Notes: generated by a model from the sequence alone, not told the origin. DNA of 64,000 nucleotides from Chiloscyllium plagiosum (GCF_004010195.1 NC_057711.1:80129457-80193456), one strand, 5' to 3'; positions 1 through 14,112 are shown, numbered from the stretch's first letter. Numbers and translations are program-made.

Positions 1-352
1 GGGTGACTTGATAGAGGTGTGCAAGATGATTAGGGGTTTAGATAGGGTTGACCATGAGAACCTTTTTCCATGTATGGAGTCAGCTATTACGAGGGGGCAT
101 AGCTTTAAATTAAGGGGTGGTAGGTTTTGGACAGATGTTAGGGGTAGATTCTTTACTCAGCAAGTCGTGAGTTCATGGAATGCCCTGCCAGTAGCAGTGG
201 TGGACTCTCCCTTTTTATGGGCATTTAAACGGACATTGGATAGGCATATGGAGGATAGTGGGCTAGTGTAGGTTAGGTGGGCTTGGATCGGCGCAACATC
301 GAGGGCCAAAGGGCCTGTACTGCACTGTATTTTTCTATGTTCTATGTTCTAT
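1..352 (+). mobile_element. CR1 LINE 3' end (ORF2 C-terminus plus 3' UTR)
   Basis: ORF 8..271 reads ...TRGHSFKLRGGRFWTDVRGRFFTQQVVSSWNALP, the typical CR1 ORF2 C-terminus. It ends in a (TTCTATG)n tail at about 332-352. Confidence 0.9.
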
Positions 353-1790
353 GAGGCTGGAAGAACACAGCAAGTCAGGCAGCATCAGGAGGTGGAGAAG
401 GCAAAGTTTTGGGTGTAACCCTTCTTCAGAACTGGGGATGAGTGGGGGCAGGGTGGTGAAGTGGGGATAGGTGAAGACAGGTAGAGGGTGTGACCTAGTT
501 GGTCAATGGGAGGAATGAATCTGGTTGGTGGCAGGGAGGAGTGGAAGGGATGGGCTGGGAAGGGAGTAAGGGAATGGGAAGGGAAGTTATTTGAAATTGG
601 AGAACTCATTGTTGAGTCCTCCAGGCTGTCAGCTGCTCAGGCAGAAGATGAGGTGTTGTTCCTCCAATTTGCAGTTTGGTTCATTGTGGCAGTGGAGGAG
701 GCAAAGGATAGTCATGTTGGAAAGAGAGTGGGAAGGGAAATTAAAATGGGCAGTGACTGGGAGATCTAGTCAGCCCCTCTGGGCCCGGCTGAGATGCTCA
801 GTGAACTTTTCCCTAAGTTTACGTTTGGTCTCCCCACTGTAGAGAAGACTACTTTGGGAGCATCTGATGCAGTAGACTAGGTTGGAAGAGATGCAGTGAA
901 TCTCCGTCTCACCTGGAAGGACCGTTTGGTGCTCTGAATGGAGGTGAGGGCGAGGTTTTTCATTGTTTCTGGTTGGAGGGGAAGGTACCTTGGGGTTTGG
1001 GGGTGTTAGTGGGGAGAGTGGCACAAACTAAGGACTGTTGAAGGGAATGGTCTCTGTGGAAGGCAGAGAGGATAGGGAGGGGAAGATGTTCTTGGTGGTG
1101 GGGTCTAGTTGGAGTTGGCAGAAGTGTTTAAGGAAGGTGTGTTGGATGCAGAGACTTGTGGGGTGGTAGGTGAGGATAAGGGGTTTCTGTCCTATTGTGT
1201 TTGGAGAGGGGGGTTTAGAACAGTGGAATGAGCAATGGAGGTAGTGCGGTGGGAGGCTGTCTTGATGACAGAGGGAGGAAAAGCACGTTGTTTGGAATAG
1301 GTGGACATCTGGGATGCTTGGGAGTGGAATGTCTCCTCACCCAAGCAGATGTGTTGTAGGTGGAGGAATTGGGAGAACAGATGGAGTTCTTGCAGGAAAC
1401 TGGGTGGGAGGAAGTGTAGTTCAGGTAGTTATGAGAGTGTGTGGGTTTGTAGTAAATGTCCGTCTGGAGACTGTCACCAGAGATGGAAGTGGAGAGATCA
1501 ATAAAGGGGAGTGAATGTCTGAGATGAACCAAGTGAATTTGAGGGTAGGTTGGAAGTTGTGGGCGAAATTGAAATTCTCCAGTTTAGCCTGGATGCAGGA
1601 TGCTTCATCGATGCAGTCATCGATGTAACAGTGGAAGAGTTGGGGCACAGTGTAGGTACTGAAGAGGGAGACTGTTCAACATAGCCAACAAAGAAGCAGG
1701 CATAGCTGGGGCCCTCCAGGTGCCCATGGCCAACCCCTAGATTTGGAGGAAATGGGAGGAGATGAAGGAAAAGTTGTTGAGGGTGAGGGA
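353..1790 (-). mobile_element. Penelope-like element, 5'-truncated and degraded (RT, GIY-YIG endonuclease, 3' terminal region)
   Basis: Minus-strand frames give RT motifs (CYIDDC, PTLKFTW, LPFIDL, DIYYKPTHSHNYL) and a GIY-YIG domain (NLVYCIRC...YSGETKRKLREKFTEH). A degenerate hammerhead CTGAAGAAGGGTTACACCCAAAA lies at about 398-433. Confidence 0.9.
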
Positions 1791-2779
1791 CTGAACCTGG
1801 ATCTACTCTAAAGCAGGTGTGAGCAGGAAAAAGTTGGATCCTCCACCTTCACCTTAGGAGGGTTCCAGTGTATGTTTGGATTGATGTAGGAACTATAGGC
1901 CAGGCATCTCTGCTCACTACATCGTCCTGTCCACCACCAACCCCTCATCATCGCACTTCTTGTGGCCACCTCTGTAGATTTTGAAGCAATGAAACATGCC
2001 GTGGCTGTTTAGGATGAACAATTATCTGAGTGCTCCTCTATATAATGAGAACACATTATAACTTTATTGTTTAAGTGCTATTCACCAATCCTTTAGTATT
2101 CTATATAGCAGGGAAAATACGAGGGAAAGTCTTTTGGAAAAATCCTAGTATAAGTTCTGGCGTCACTGTCCATAGAAGGAAAATGCTACCAAAAACAGAA
2201 GTGAAAAAAATTATTTTGGGGCAATTGCAGGGATACATTTTATTCTTTGACTGATTAATGGACAGTAAAAGAAAAACAAATCCAAATAAATTGATTGTTC
2301 CACTTTAGACTAGTGACATGTTCCTCATTCATACTTTTGCACAGTTTAACAGATATATATTTTGTTAAATGGGCATTTGATTGGTCCATTAAGCAAATTA
2401 TGATGTTATTTTGTGGATACATGATATTTCATAGTGTAATATTTTAATGAAGGACACTTTGGAAGTATGAATCAATACTAGATCTTATCTATATATTTAG
2501 AGTATACTGCTGTTCTCAGGTAATATTGTTCTCACCAACATACATACGACATTTGATTTAAGAGCTAAAATAGATTTTTTGGCCCCTCAAACCTACTACA
2601 TGCAAACACAGAAACCAGTATAGGGAATGAAGCGGATGATGGTGGGTGAATCTCTTATCAAATCTTCACTGTTCTGCTAAGCAACCAGAGCTAAAGTCAT
2701 AGCAGCGATGCAGTTCATTAGACTTAAAGGAAAAGCAGTTTGGCATTTTTGTCAAAAGATCAATCTAGAGTGCAATCTG

Positions 2780-4905
2780 GAGTACTCCAATAATCTCCTC
2801 GGCTATCTTCTTCAGAAACCTAGGGTGCAGTCCATCTGGTCTGGGTGATATATCCATCTTCAGACCTTCCTCATTATCCTTTTTTTAGTGATGGCCACTA
2901 CACTCACCTCTGCCCCCTGACTCTCTCTGGAATGCTACTGTTGTCTTCCATTGTGAGACTGATGGAAAGTATCTATTCAGTTCCTCTGCCATTTCTTTAT
3001 TACCCCATTACTACAATCCAGGCCAATCCAGAATTGCCTGTTCCCAACTAGGGTCTATCACAAGCTGCTCCAAAAAAACATCTTGTACACATTCCACAAT
3101 TTCCTTTCTTGAGATCCACTAGCAGTCTGGTTTCCCAGTCCACCAGCATATTGAAGACACCCACGACTGTTGTAGTAGTGTCTTTCTTACATGTCTTTTC
3201 TATCTCCTGATTTATTTTCTTCCTTACATCCCGACTACTGCTCAGTGGACTGTAAATAACTCCCACTAGAGTCTTTCCTGACTTGCGGTCCCTCAAATCT
3301 ATCTGCATCGATCCAAGGTCTTCTGATTCTATATTGCTATGTGCTATCGATTTAGTTTAATTCCTTACTAATAAGGTAATCCTTGCCCCTCAGCTAATTC
3401 ATTTGCCCTTTCAGTAGGACATGTATCATAGAGTCATAGTATCCTTGGATATTTAGTTCCTAGCCCTGATCCCCTTGCAGCAATGTCTCTGTGATACCCA
3501 CAACAATGTACTTGCCAGTTCCAATCTGCGTTACAAGCCTTGTTTTGTATACTGCATGCATTTAAATACAGCACCCTCAATTCTGTGTTGACTTGGAGTG
3601 GGAGGGAAAAGATCCAGTTGTAATGGTCCATGTAGATGTCTTCTCATATGACTGCAATGCTTGAAGTTAAATTACTGATCCTTTCCATACTCTCTGTCCT
3701 ACTAGTGTTCTGGAAACTTTAATAATCTCTGCTGAGCCCGCTTCCCCCTTTTAAGTTTTGCCATAATTTTTCATGTAAGTGAACCCATCCAGCACACTAT
3801 TCAGTTTAAAATCCTATCCATAACCCTGGTTATATGATTTGCCAGGGCTTTTGTATCAGCATGATTCAGGTGGAGCCTGTTCCATTGGAACAACTCCCTC
3901 CTTCCTTAGCACTGGTGCCAATGTCCCATGAATTCAAACCTGTTTCTCCCACACCAATCTATGAACCATACGCTTACCTCTTTAATCTTGTTGACGCTGT
4001 GCCAATTAGTTTGTGGTTTAGGTAGCAATCCAGAGGTTATTACCTTTTTGGCTCTGCTTGTTAATTTAACCCCTGGCTGCTCATATTCCCCCAGCAGAAT
4101 CTCTTTCCTCTTTCTATCTATATTGTTGGTCCCTATGTGAACTGGACCTTTCCCCTCCCACTCCAAGTTCCCCTGCAACCTCTCTGCAGCCCAGATGAGA
4201 TGATTAGGTTAGATCCCCTGTACTGTGGAAACAGGCCCTTCGGCCCAACAAGTCCACACCGACCCTCCGAAGAGTACCCCACCCAGACCCATTTCCTTCT
4301 GACTAATGCACCTAACACTCTGGGCTATTTAGCATGGCCAATTCTATCTAGAATCCAGGCACCAGACAGGCAACATAATCTTTGGAACTCCAGGTCCTGG
4401 CTACAGAGAACAGTGTCTACTCCCCTGACTATATGATCCCCAATTACAACTGTATTTCTCTTTTTTCCCCTCACTCTTGAATGGTCCCTGTCCCATGGTG
4501 CTATGGTCAGTTTGCTCAACCACCCTACAGCCTCCATTCTCATCCACACAGGGAACAAGAATCTCAAAGCTGTTAGACAAGTTCAAGGGCTGAGTCTCCT
4601 TCAGCACTACCTCCTGGGTCTCTCTACTTGCCTTGCTTGTAGTCACAGCCTCCCATTTCTGACCACTGACTGAATTTAAGGTAGTTAATCTCAGGGTGCG
4701 ACTGCCTCCTGAAACACAGTGTCCGGGTAACTCTCCCCCTCCCTGACGTGTTGCAGTTTTAAAAGCTCAAAATCCAGTTCATCGACTCTGAGATGCAGTT
4801 CCTCAAGTAGCCAACACTTGCCATAGTTGCCACTGTGAACCACAATGGGGTCCACCAGATTCCACATCATGCCGTTACAACGCAATGCCTGGCTTGGCAT
4901 GTCTA
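2780..4905 (-). mobile_element. CR1 LINE 5' portion: ORF1 (esterase/SGNH type) and ORF2 APE endonuclease, degraded
   Basis: ORF1-like peptides LNLSNSFEIL, VVIGDHIVRGVD, VHIGTNNI and DWCGRNRFEFMGHW. Endonuclease-like peptides LYLNACSIQNK and LVGVIYSP. Confidence 0.85.
4200..4345 (-). mobile_element. HE1-type SINE 3' fragment nested in CR1 ORF1
   Basis: GGAAACAGGCCCTTCGGCCCAACAAGTCCACACCGACC...TTTAGCATGGCCAATT matches the SINE at 17672-17925 and interrupts the esterase frame. Confidence 0.8.
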
Positions 4906-5039
4906 TTTTCATTTCTTATTTCTTAATTTGATTTTTAAAATTTCATATTGGTCTTTTAGTTTGTAGCCTGTAAATATTTCTGCGAGTTACCTTCAATCTG
5001 AAACTAACATATAATAGGCCTATAATAAATGTATAATCA

Positions 5040-5368
5040 GCGGAGCACATTGACTTCGTGGTTAGCACTACTAAGGGACCAGGAATCCAGGTTTAATTCT
5101 GCCCTTGGGTGACTGGCTGTGTGATATTGCATATTCTCCCCATGTCTATGTGGGTTTCCAATGTGTGCTCCAGATTCCCACCACAGTCCAAAGATATGCA
5201 CGTTAGCTGGATTGGCCATGCTAAATTGCCCATAGTGTCCAGGGATGTATAGGCCAGGTGGATTTACCATGATAAATGTGGGCTTAAGGGGATAGGGTAA
5301 GGGGCCAGAGGGTACAAACTTGATGAGCTGAATAGCCTCTTTCTGAACTTATGATTTTATGATTCTAG
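5040..5368 (+). mobile_element. HE1-type tRNA-derived SINE, near full length
   Basis: tRNA-like head (GGTTAGCACT...CCAGGTTTAATTC), central CCCACAGTCCAAAGAT...GGATTGGCCATGCTAAATTGCCC block and a TTATGATTTTATGATTCTA tail. Confidence 0.8.
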
Positions 5369-5787
5369 ACAGTCAAATTAATAGGTATCACCAATAAATA
5401 AACTCACAGTTTACCCATGATGTCACTCTTCTGACCCTGATACTGGGATTCAATTTATCCTGTTAAGGACAACCTTGCAGATAATGAGCCAAAAAAAACA
5501 CGCAAAAAGCATCTCTTCCCCCTCTGCAACAAATTCCCATGTTGCCTCCAAATTCCGCAAACGATTTACTCACTGTGTCTCACTCTGGATGTGATCTCTC
5601 CTTCCTGACCATGTGAAGCTTGCTGATAGCTCATTGACCCACTTTATTCAAATGATATCTTAATAGGTGTGGAAGGATCTCTTCATGGAAGATATCTGAA
5701 AGAAAAGCAGACATCCACGGAATTATTTCAAACTTGGTAAAGACAGCTGTGTGGATATAATGAACGATTATGTCATATTTCTATGTT

Positions 5788-6791
5788 TGTTAGGTTAGAA
5801 ACTGTAGTTGAGGCTCTTCAAATTGGTTGAATCATGGCACAGCAATGGTGTTTTAATTGAAGTGGACCAGGTTTCTGTCTGTCTTGGTGTTGTGAGCTTG
5901 CTATCCAATAAATTATCGATGATCCTGGCAAGGATCAGCTTAATTGTCTGAGGCTATTCAATGCATTGATTTTAAAAAGCCACTTATGGGTTTGAATTTG
6001 AATTTTCACCGAGTTCTCTGCATTTTTAAAGGACAATGAAAAGACACATTGGAATTTATCAAGTGTTGGCTTTAGTGATTTGAAAACATTTCAAGGGAAC
6101 ACCTGACTGTTTTACAACTGGATTTAAGCTGTTCGGTTTAAACATTGTTTGCAGACTTCAACTTTGTTTGGATTTTCAGTGAAGAAAGACTAGTACAGAA
6201 CAATAAGTTCAGTTCAATATCTCCTGTTTCTGAAATACCTTTGCTGTGTGTTTGGGGAGAAACCTGAGGGTTCTTCTGGAAGTGTGTCAGAAAGAACATC
6301 TTAGTATTGTACTCCCTGAGCAGGATTATCTGTGAAGACTGAATTAATTATCAATGCAAAAATATCAGATCATCAGATTTGTCTTTAAGGATAACCACCG
6401 TTGGCCTGAAAACATTTTCCTTTTAAAAATATGTCTCTGTTGAAAAAAGCCCATTTATTCTCCATTAAACTGAAGTCCATGTGTGTATGCATTTGCATAT
6501 TTGTGTGTTTTCTGGGTTAGTTAAAGAGACGATCATTTATATTTTTACATCACAAATTGTGTGTGTTAACCAATTCCGCATCTTTATTTAACAGGCTTCA
6601 TTTTGTAATAAATCAATTTTTTCTTTGCTTGTTAAAGAGACCTGGTTAATAGCTGTTTTCATTTTAAGTTTAATATCGATAAAATAATGATTAGTTAGCA
6701 GATGTCATAGGTAAAATAATTTTCTTTTATGACTTGGCCCATGAGAGTGGAACTACATTGACAGACCAGTCCTCCTATCTTGGCTATAACA
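5788..6791. mobile_element. Probable solo LTR (about 1 kb)
   Basis: Begins TGTTAG and ends ATAACA (TG...CA with a short inverted terminus). Its first 400 bp or so is clearly homologous to 14238-14725, which begins TGTTAT. No clear TSD seen. Confidence 0.55.
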
Positions 6792-8689
6792 GTTCTTTAA
6801 AACAACTTGGAAACGTGCAGGAGATGGATAGGAATTGTACTGTTTATGGCTTCTAATTAGTTGTCTGTTCTACCCTCACCGCATGGACCCAGCAGTCATA
6901 TTCAGGTTATATTGACAGCACCACGTTCTGTATCTTTTAATCTTATGGAAGGGTCTGAAAATATATGCATGATAACATTAGTTATAATATTTTTGAGATA
7001 TTGTTTAATAAAGAAAATTATCTCTTACTCATGGTTTTTTGAATTTGTGCAATATTGTGTTTGAGCCATTCATTGCATAAGTATTATATTAACTCACTAA
7101 TTGCAGGGAAGTTCCCATCTTTTACATCACAGGATCAGAAACATACAATAGTAATTAAAGATTTAACAGCAGCACTTTAGTGAAGTGGGCATGGATTACA
7201 CTGGCATGTAAACTATATGCTACCTCTATCCATTTTCTTTTCTGACAGTGTTAAAAGAAAACTTAGGAGTCTGGAAATATTACTCCCTTTGTGGAAAGTC
7301 TCTAGCTAAGATTGATGTTCCCAAAGTCTCGGATCTTGCTATAAGTGGCCTCAGACACTATAAATGTAGTGCACTGATTGCAGACCGAGAAGAGGGCATG
7401 CTCGCAGGCTCATTCAGTCTTATTATTAAGGGTCTAATTACATCTATTATTGATGCTGTTTGTCATTGCAGGGTTGGAAGCAAGGAGAATGAATGCTTGG
7501 CAAAGGCCTCAGCTGCTTTGAGCCTGACTGATGACCAAAACCATGGCACTTAGTGAGATTAAATCTACACTGCTGAGCATGTCATTTTAACAAGACAAAA
7601 TGGAGATGATCCCAATTTCCTATCATTTCAGAGGCAACAGGGAACCAATTACAGTCAGACTGTGAGGCGTCAAAATTCTCACCAGGCCTCATCTCAGTCA
7701 GACAGCTGATAAAGTGAAATAAAAAGGCCAAGTAGAGAATTTTGTCTGTGCAAAACCTTAATTTATATTCCAGCCAGCAGAACAGGCTTTTTTTTATATA
7801 TAGCAAAAGATTGGAGCCCTTTTCATCATTTGTGTGGGCTACATCAATCCTGTTATCTTTTTCTGATAATATAGCTCAGAAGAAGGGTGGAGAAACTCAT
7901 TATTTTTAGACACCTTCACTTTTCCCACAGGGATCTTATGGATTCTACTTAGCACCCGTCTCATTCCAGCACTGATTAAGTGGGAAATACAGGGAATCTC
8001 AAAAGGTCAAACCTATAATCAGTTGCCCTTAGGGCTTTGACATAGAAAACTTCTTAATCCAACTGAAGCTTATTTCATGCCTATAACAAGATGTTGAGGA
8101 AGATTTGACACAGAGAGCAAAAAATAGTAAACAGACCCAGAGACCGGATGTTATTAATGGTCTGTTATTATGTATTGTAGAAACCTACTTTGCTTTTTAA
8201 ATCTATTTTCATTTAAAATGACAAAAAAACAATGCTGCCAATTTTCTTTGTATTTCAAATATAATGCAGAAACTGTGCACAATAGATAAAGAGCTTAGTA
8301 CCTCTGGGACTCATACAGATTGCACTATTAATCCTCTGAGTATAGAATTTTATTAACAGCTTTCAAAATATGCATTTGATCTTTCATAAAACCTGTGAGA
8401 AATATAAAATGTAATGATGCTAAAATAATACAGCAGATTACATAATGATCTCTTCTAAGCCTACTTGCAGAAATGTCACATTCAATAATGAAAATGATAA
8501 AATTATTACTTGATGGTTAACACATGGGATTTTTCATTCAACATGTTTGCAATCATTAATTTGATGTATATTGCATGAATATAACTATTCCAGCAAAGCC
8601 CTGATAAAGTTTCAAGAATGTTGGAAGGAAAACAGGTTCAGTTTAAGGTAAGTTGTATTCTGATGAAAGGTTATGGACCTGAGACTTTG

Positions 8690-9308
8690 GGATCCAAATT
8701 CAACTCATTAGCACTGCTGGAGGTGGCACTACTACTGTTCATGGGTGCCATGCAGTGCTGCCAGCTGCATCCACACTATCTTATACAACTTCAGTGCCAT
8801 GGCAGCTTCCTTGTATTTCCGTGTTTTTTTTTGCGCAGGAGAACAAGTTAAGGGCTCACCCTGCACAGCCCCAATTCCTTGGCTGCCTCATGCTCTAGTA
8901 CTGAGGTATCAGAATCTTCAGCACTGGTGGTGGAGGAGCCCGGAGTCAGGGTCCTGGTGACCAATGACCAGCAGCAGTGTCCAGAGGAATGTCAGAGGGC
9001 AGCAGGAAGCATGAGACAATGTTCAGGGCTCCAGCTCAGATGTAGCGGTTATGGAAGTGGCAGCGATGGTGGAGGTGGGCCCCTAACCGAGAGCCCATTA
9101 GAGAGATTCCGGCTGATGTCAAGCAGTGAAAGGAGGAGCAGCGGAAGGTAACAAGAAGAAAAGGGAATGATGAACTCTATTGCAGTAAAATCTTGCATTA
9201 TATTCAAGAGGCACCAGAGCATAGCGACACTTTGCCTTTTGCACCCAATAAAAATCACTTTTTGATGTATTTTTAGATAAATGTGACAATAAATCTAAAT
9301 CTAATCTC
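8690..9308 (+). mobile_element. Unclassified non-LTR element 3' portion
   Basis: GC-richer block ending TGTGACAATAAA plus a (TCTAA)n-like tail. The same 3' motif appears in reverse at about 23225-23265. Confidence 0.4.
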
Positions 9309-10822
9309 AATCTCTCAACATGAAGACCCTCCTGTAGGTACATGAAGCTCCCACAGGCTGCATCCATCACAGTCAATGTAAGCAGCACCTTGACAAGGAC
9401 ACTCGGGTAGACACAGTGTGAAGTAAGTAAACTGGTGACATCGTCACTTCACAGCACTGCCAGCTGATGTGGCAGCCACAGCTCAAATTTGAACCAAGCA
9501 AGTCTATTCAGTGAATTTGCCCATCACTCATTAAAAATTAAATGTTCAGCTACAAAATCAACCTCCTGAGTTTCTCTTTCTATTTTCATTTGGGTCATCA
9601 GGAGTATTATGTAAAGAGCCAGACAGCAAAATGCATAAAGGTCATTTCAAAGGGATTTTGCTATTGTACGTCAACTTGACAAGGAGTGATGATATATCTG
9701 CACAGGGTGGGCCAAGGAATATGTAACCCACCCACATCAATGTTGCAACAGTTATGGGGGCTCCCATTGCTGTGCCTCTTTATCTACAGCATAAAGCGAG
9801 TTGTGGAGAGGGAAACCTCTGCATGATGCACTCTGCCAAGGTCGAGACAGTGTCTTGACTGTGATGGGAGGCTGTCTGACAAGAAAGCCAATGCAGCCAC
9901 GATGTCAGTGTGCAACCTCATTAGCATTGTTCCTTTACTGTCACAATAAGATGTTCATTTGTGTCCTCTACAGTCAAACTCTGTGACCTTAACCTGCAGG
10001 AAGCTAGCATCTGTACCCTCATTTCCTCCTGATGCAGCAGCACCCAACTTCAGTGCAGTGATTCATTGCATGTAGATCCAAATTCTGTATTACTGCTTCA
10101 AGTAAATGTCAGTTGCTGAGCTGGTGTTTGGGAGTGTCAGTTCAAGTGATCTCCATGTCACTTGCACTTGTTGGTATCTCTCCCTCTTCTAACCTCAAGC
10201 AAATACAGAAAAATATTGTCAAACTTCTCTTTATAATAGAATTATGCGTTATTGTAATAAATCTGGTGAATCTGCACTGTACTCCTTTTTGGGCCAACAT
10301 AACTACCCGAGATTTTGTCCTTAAAGTTGCACAAAGAACTCTCTAAACAATCACCATCTGACATTTGAATTCCAAACAGCTTGAGATAAAGGCCAATATT
10401 CCATTAGCCATTTTTATCCATTCTATCACATTTAAATTGCCCCCTTTTACCAGGCAGCTAATGATGTCTGAAAAATAATGTTTTCTCTGCTGATGCTGTT
10501 ATCAGTTACATGAGTTCTTATCTATCACTGCAGTTCCCTCTCCAGCTGATTTCTGAAAAGCAGTCAGGCTGCACTCTCAGTGAAACTCAGAAAGCATTCA
10601 CCTTTCCACATCGCATTGTCTCAATAGCAAAACTGGATATATTATTCTGGGTCACTTCATCTGGGATAGAAAGATTTATATGTAGTACCTTTCAGTGTCA
10701 AAGGATGCGTCAAAATACTTTACAGGCAATTATGCACTTTGAAGAGTACTCACTGTGGTAAAGTTGGAAAAACCACACCCTGTGTTCAGCAATTTTTCAC
10801 AAATAGCAATGTAGTAAGTATC

Positions 10823-13110
10823 AAAAGAACAAAAGAGAAGTACTGTACAGGAACAGGCCCTTTGGCCTTTCAAGCTCATCATGTCCTAACTAAACTAAAA
10901 AAAACCTACTGTCCTTATTCGGTCCATATCAATTCCCTCCCGATTCATGTAGTCATCAAGATGCCTCTGAAACGTTGCCAACCTGCCTGCTTCCATCACC
11001 ACTTCTGGCAATGCATTCCTGTCTCCCACCACTTTCTATGTGAAAACTTCCCTTGCACGTCTCCCTTAAACTTTCCCTCTCTCATCTTGAACCTTTGTCC
11101 CCTTGTAATTGAAACTTCAACCCTTGGGAAAAAAACCTCTGACTCTCCACCTATCCATGCCTCTCATAATTTTGTAGATTTCTATCAGGTCTCCTCTCAG
11201 CTGCAGTCTTTCCAGTGAAAATCCAAGTCTTTTTAATCTTTCCTCATAGCCAATGCCCTTGAGATCAGGCAACATCCTGGTGAACATTCTTTGCACTCTC
11301 TCCAATGCTTTCACATCCTTCTGGTAAGGTGGCGATCCAAAACTGCACACAATAATCCAAATATGGCCGAACATTAGCTTTGTATAGCTGCAACATGATT
11401 TGCCAACTCATGCACTCCGTGTCCCAGTCAATGAAGACAAGCATGCCATATGCCTTCTTAATCAGTTTGGCCACCTGAGTTGCCACTTTTAGGCAATATG
11501 GACCTGCATGCCAAGATCCGTCTGTATGTTCATGTTCCTTAGGGCTCTGCCATTTACAATACAATTCACACCGAAAATTGATCCTCCAATATGCATAACC
11601 TTGTATTTATCTGGACTAAACTCCAATGGCCATTTCTGTGCCCAAGTTGCCAATCTATCTATATCCTGTTGTATCCTTTCATAATTGTCAGCACTATCAA
11701 CAACTCCACCAATCTTCGTGTCATCTGCAAACTATCTAATCAAGCCACCCACATTTTCCTCCAGATCATTGATATATACTACAACAGCAGAGGACATAAG
11801 ACTGATCCCTGTGGAACACCACTAATTACCGGTCTCCATTCTAAAAAATCACTCTTCCACCGTTATCCTCTGTGTTCTACGACTAAGCCAGTTTTCTATC
11901 CATCTAGCCAGTCCATCCTGAATTCCATGCAATTTTCGTTTTTGTACCAATCTGTCATGTGGGACTTGATCAAATGCCTTGCTAAAGTACATATAAAATT
12001 ATCCACAATCCTTGCCTCATCAATTGTCTTTGTCACCTCTTCAAAATATGCAGTCAGGTTAGTAAGACATGGCCTTCCCCGTACAAAAGCATGCTGCCTG
12101 TCACTAACCTAGTAATGGAGTCATAGAGATATACAGTACAGAAACAGACCTTTCAGTCTAACTTGTCCATGCTGACCAGATATTCTAACTGAATCTAGTC
12201 TCACTTGCCAGCTGTTGGCCCCTTTCTCTCTAACCCTTCCTATTCATATACCCACCCAGATGCATTTTAAATGCTGTAGTTGTATCAGCCTCCACCACTT
12301 TCTCTGGCAGCTCATTCCATACACGCACTACACTCTGAGTGAAAAAGTCCCTTAGGTCCATTTTATATCTTTCACGTCTCACCCTGAACCTATGCCCTCT
12401 AGTTCTGCACTCCCCCATCCCAGGAAAAGACCTTGTCTCTTTGCCCTATTTGTGTCAAATGTGCATGTAACTTTTCCAAGAGCTTTGCCATCAAAGACAT
12501 CAGGCTCACCGGCCCATAGATTCCTGGATTAGCCTTGCTTCCTTTCTTCAACAAGGGAACAACACTAGCAAATCTCCAGTACTCTGGAACCTTGCCTGTG
12601 GTCAAAAAGGTGTGAATATATCTACTAATGTCCCAACTATTACTCCCCTTGCCTCTCGCAGGAACCTGGGATAGATACCATCTGGCCCTGGGGACTGGTC
12701 TACCTTAATGCAGTTTAGGATATCCAAAACTTCCTAATTCAATATATTGACATTCTCTAGAGTATTCATACAATCATCCCTGACCTCAACATCAATCATG
12801 TCCTTCTCCTTGGTGAATACTGATACCAAGTACTCATTAAGGAGTTCTCCCACTTCCTGTGGCTCCATGCATAACTTCCCTCTTTGTCCATGAGGGGGCC
12901 TACTTTTTCCCTTGCTACCCTCTTTCTTCTAATATATGCATTAAAAGCCTTGGGATTCTCCTTGACCCTGTTTGCTTAAGACATTTCATGGCTCTTTTTA
13001 GCCTTCCTAATTCCGCGTGTAAGTTCCTTCTTCATTTCTCTATATTCCTCGAGGGCTTTGTCAGTTTGTAGCTGCCTAGACTTATCATATGCTTCCTTTT
13101 TCCTTTTGAC
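10823..13110 (-). mobile_element. CR1 LINE ORF2 (RT region to 3' end), degraded
   Basis: Minus frames WRFASVVPLLKKG...YGPVSL, RPYLDYCVQFW and LERVQRMFTRMLP...LRGDLIEIYKIMRG. AAAGAAC-type tail at about 10823. Confidence 0.9.
12115..12445 (-). mobile_element. CR1 3' end nested in the larger CR1
   Basis: ORF 12230..12418 reads RTRGHRFRV...FFTQSVVRVWNELPE. It has its own 3' tail (AGTCATAGAG). Confidence 0.85.
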
Positions 13111-14112
13111 TAAGATCAGGTCATCAAAGATGTTAATGTAAATTGTAAAAAGCTAAAGACCCAATACTTATTTTTTCCGCATAGCACTAAACCGTCCCTT
13201 TCTTACAACTCTGTTTCTGTCCTCTCACCATTCTTTATGTATGGTAATATATTACACTCCATCCCATGTATCTATAAACTTTTATATGGTACTCTTTCAA
13301 ATGCGTTTTGAAAATCCAAAAATCCATCAGTTACCTACTAATTACGCTCCTAGTTACATCCAATTCAAAAAATTAAATTTGTGTTTTATAATACCATGTT
13401 AACTATAATCATATTATGATATCTGAGTGCCCTGTTACCACTTCCCAAATAAAGAGTTCCAGCATTTTTCCAATGACTGATGTCTGGCCAATTAGACTGT
13501 AGTTTCTAGCATTCTTCCTCACTGCTTATGTGAAAAGTGGTCTTGATTTGTTACCTTCCAAACTACTGGGGCCTTTCTAGAGTTTAGGGGTATCATAGGG
13601 AAAAAGAGCAACAGAAAATAGCGTAAATGTGATTATTTTTAAATCAGGTAAATGAGTGTCTGCAATTAATTAGACTAAATGAGGATCATATAAATCTTAG
13701 TCATTCACAAGTCCACCATCATTGAAGTAGAATTACCCATATTTTGACTGGAACTTCAATGACTGAAGTGGAATTTTAAGTTTTGGCAGCAAGGATGACA
13801 GAGGACATGAGGATAGAGCATCAGGGGGATTGGCTATGTACTAGGACAGCTAAGAGGAACTCAAGAGTTAACTTCCTGCTAAACTAGAATGGTAGCCCCG
13901 GTCCATTTTAGCTGTTGGACCTCATTAAAATATTATCTTGCAAGCTAGATGGAAAGACAGGTTGCAAGAGCAATACAAACAAGTTTGCAGAGAGATATTG
14001 ATAGTGTAAGTGGCAAAAAGTTGGCAAATGGAGCATAATGTGGGAAAATGTGAAGTTGTTCATTTTGAAAGTACTATTTAAATGGCGAGAAACTCCAGAA
14101 AGCTGCAACACA
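13110..14112. mobile_element. Old CR1 fragments (minus about 13110-13590, plus about 13930-14112)
   Basis: Degenerate RT-region sequence, e.g. TGGCAAATGGAGCATAATGTGGGAAAATGTGAAGTTG (WQME.NVGKCEV). Confidence 0.6.

Noticed and set aside
7248..7553. 101 aa ORF after an acceptor-like TTTTCTGACAG
   Set aside because: No recognisable protein similarity and no supporting neighbouring exons.
9330..10080. Possible additional Harbinger-derived fragments (also about 1880-2030 and 21740-22080)
   Set aside because: Only faint motif resemblance, too decayed to support without alignment.
10739..12112. Long plus-strand ORFs (159 and 173 aa)
   Set aside because: Antisense frames of the minus-strand CR1 ORF2.
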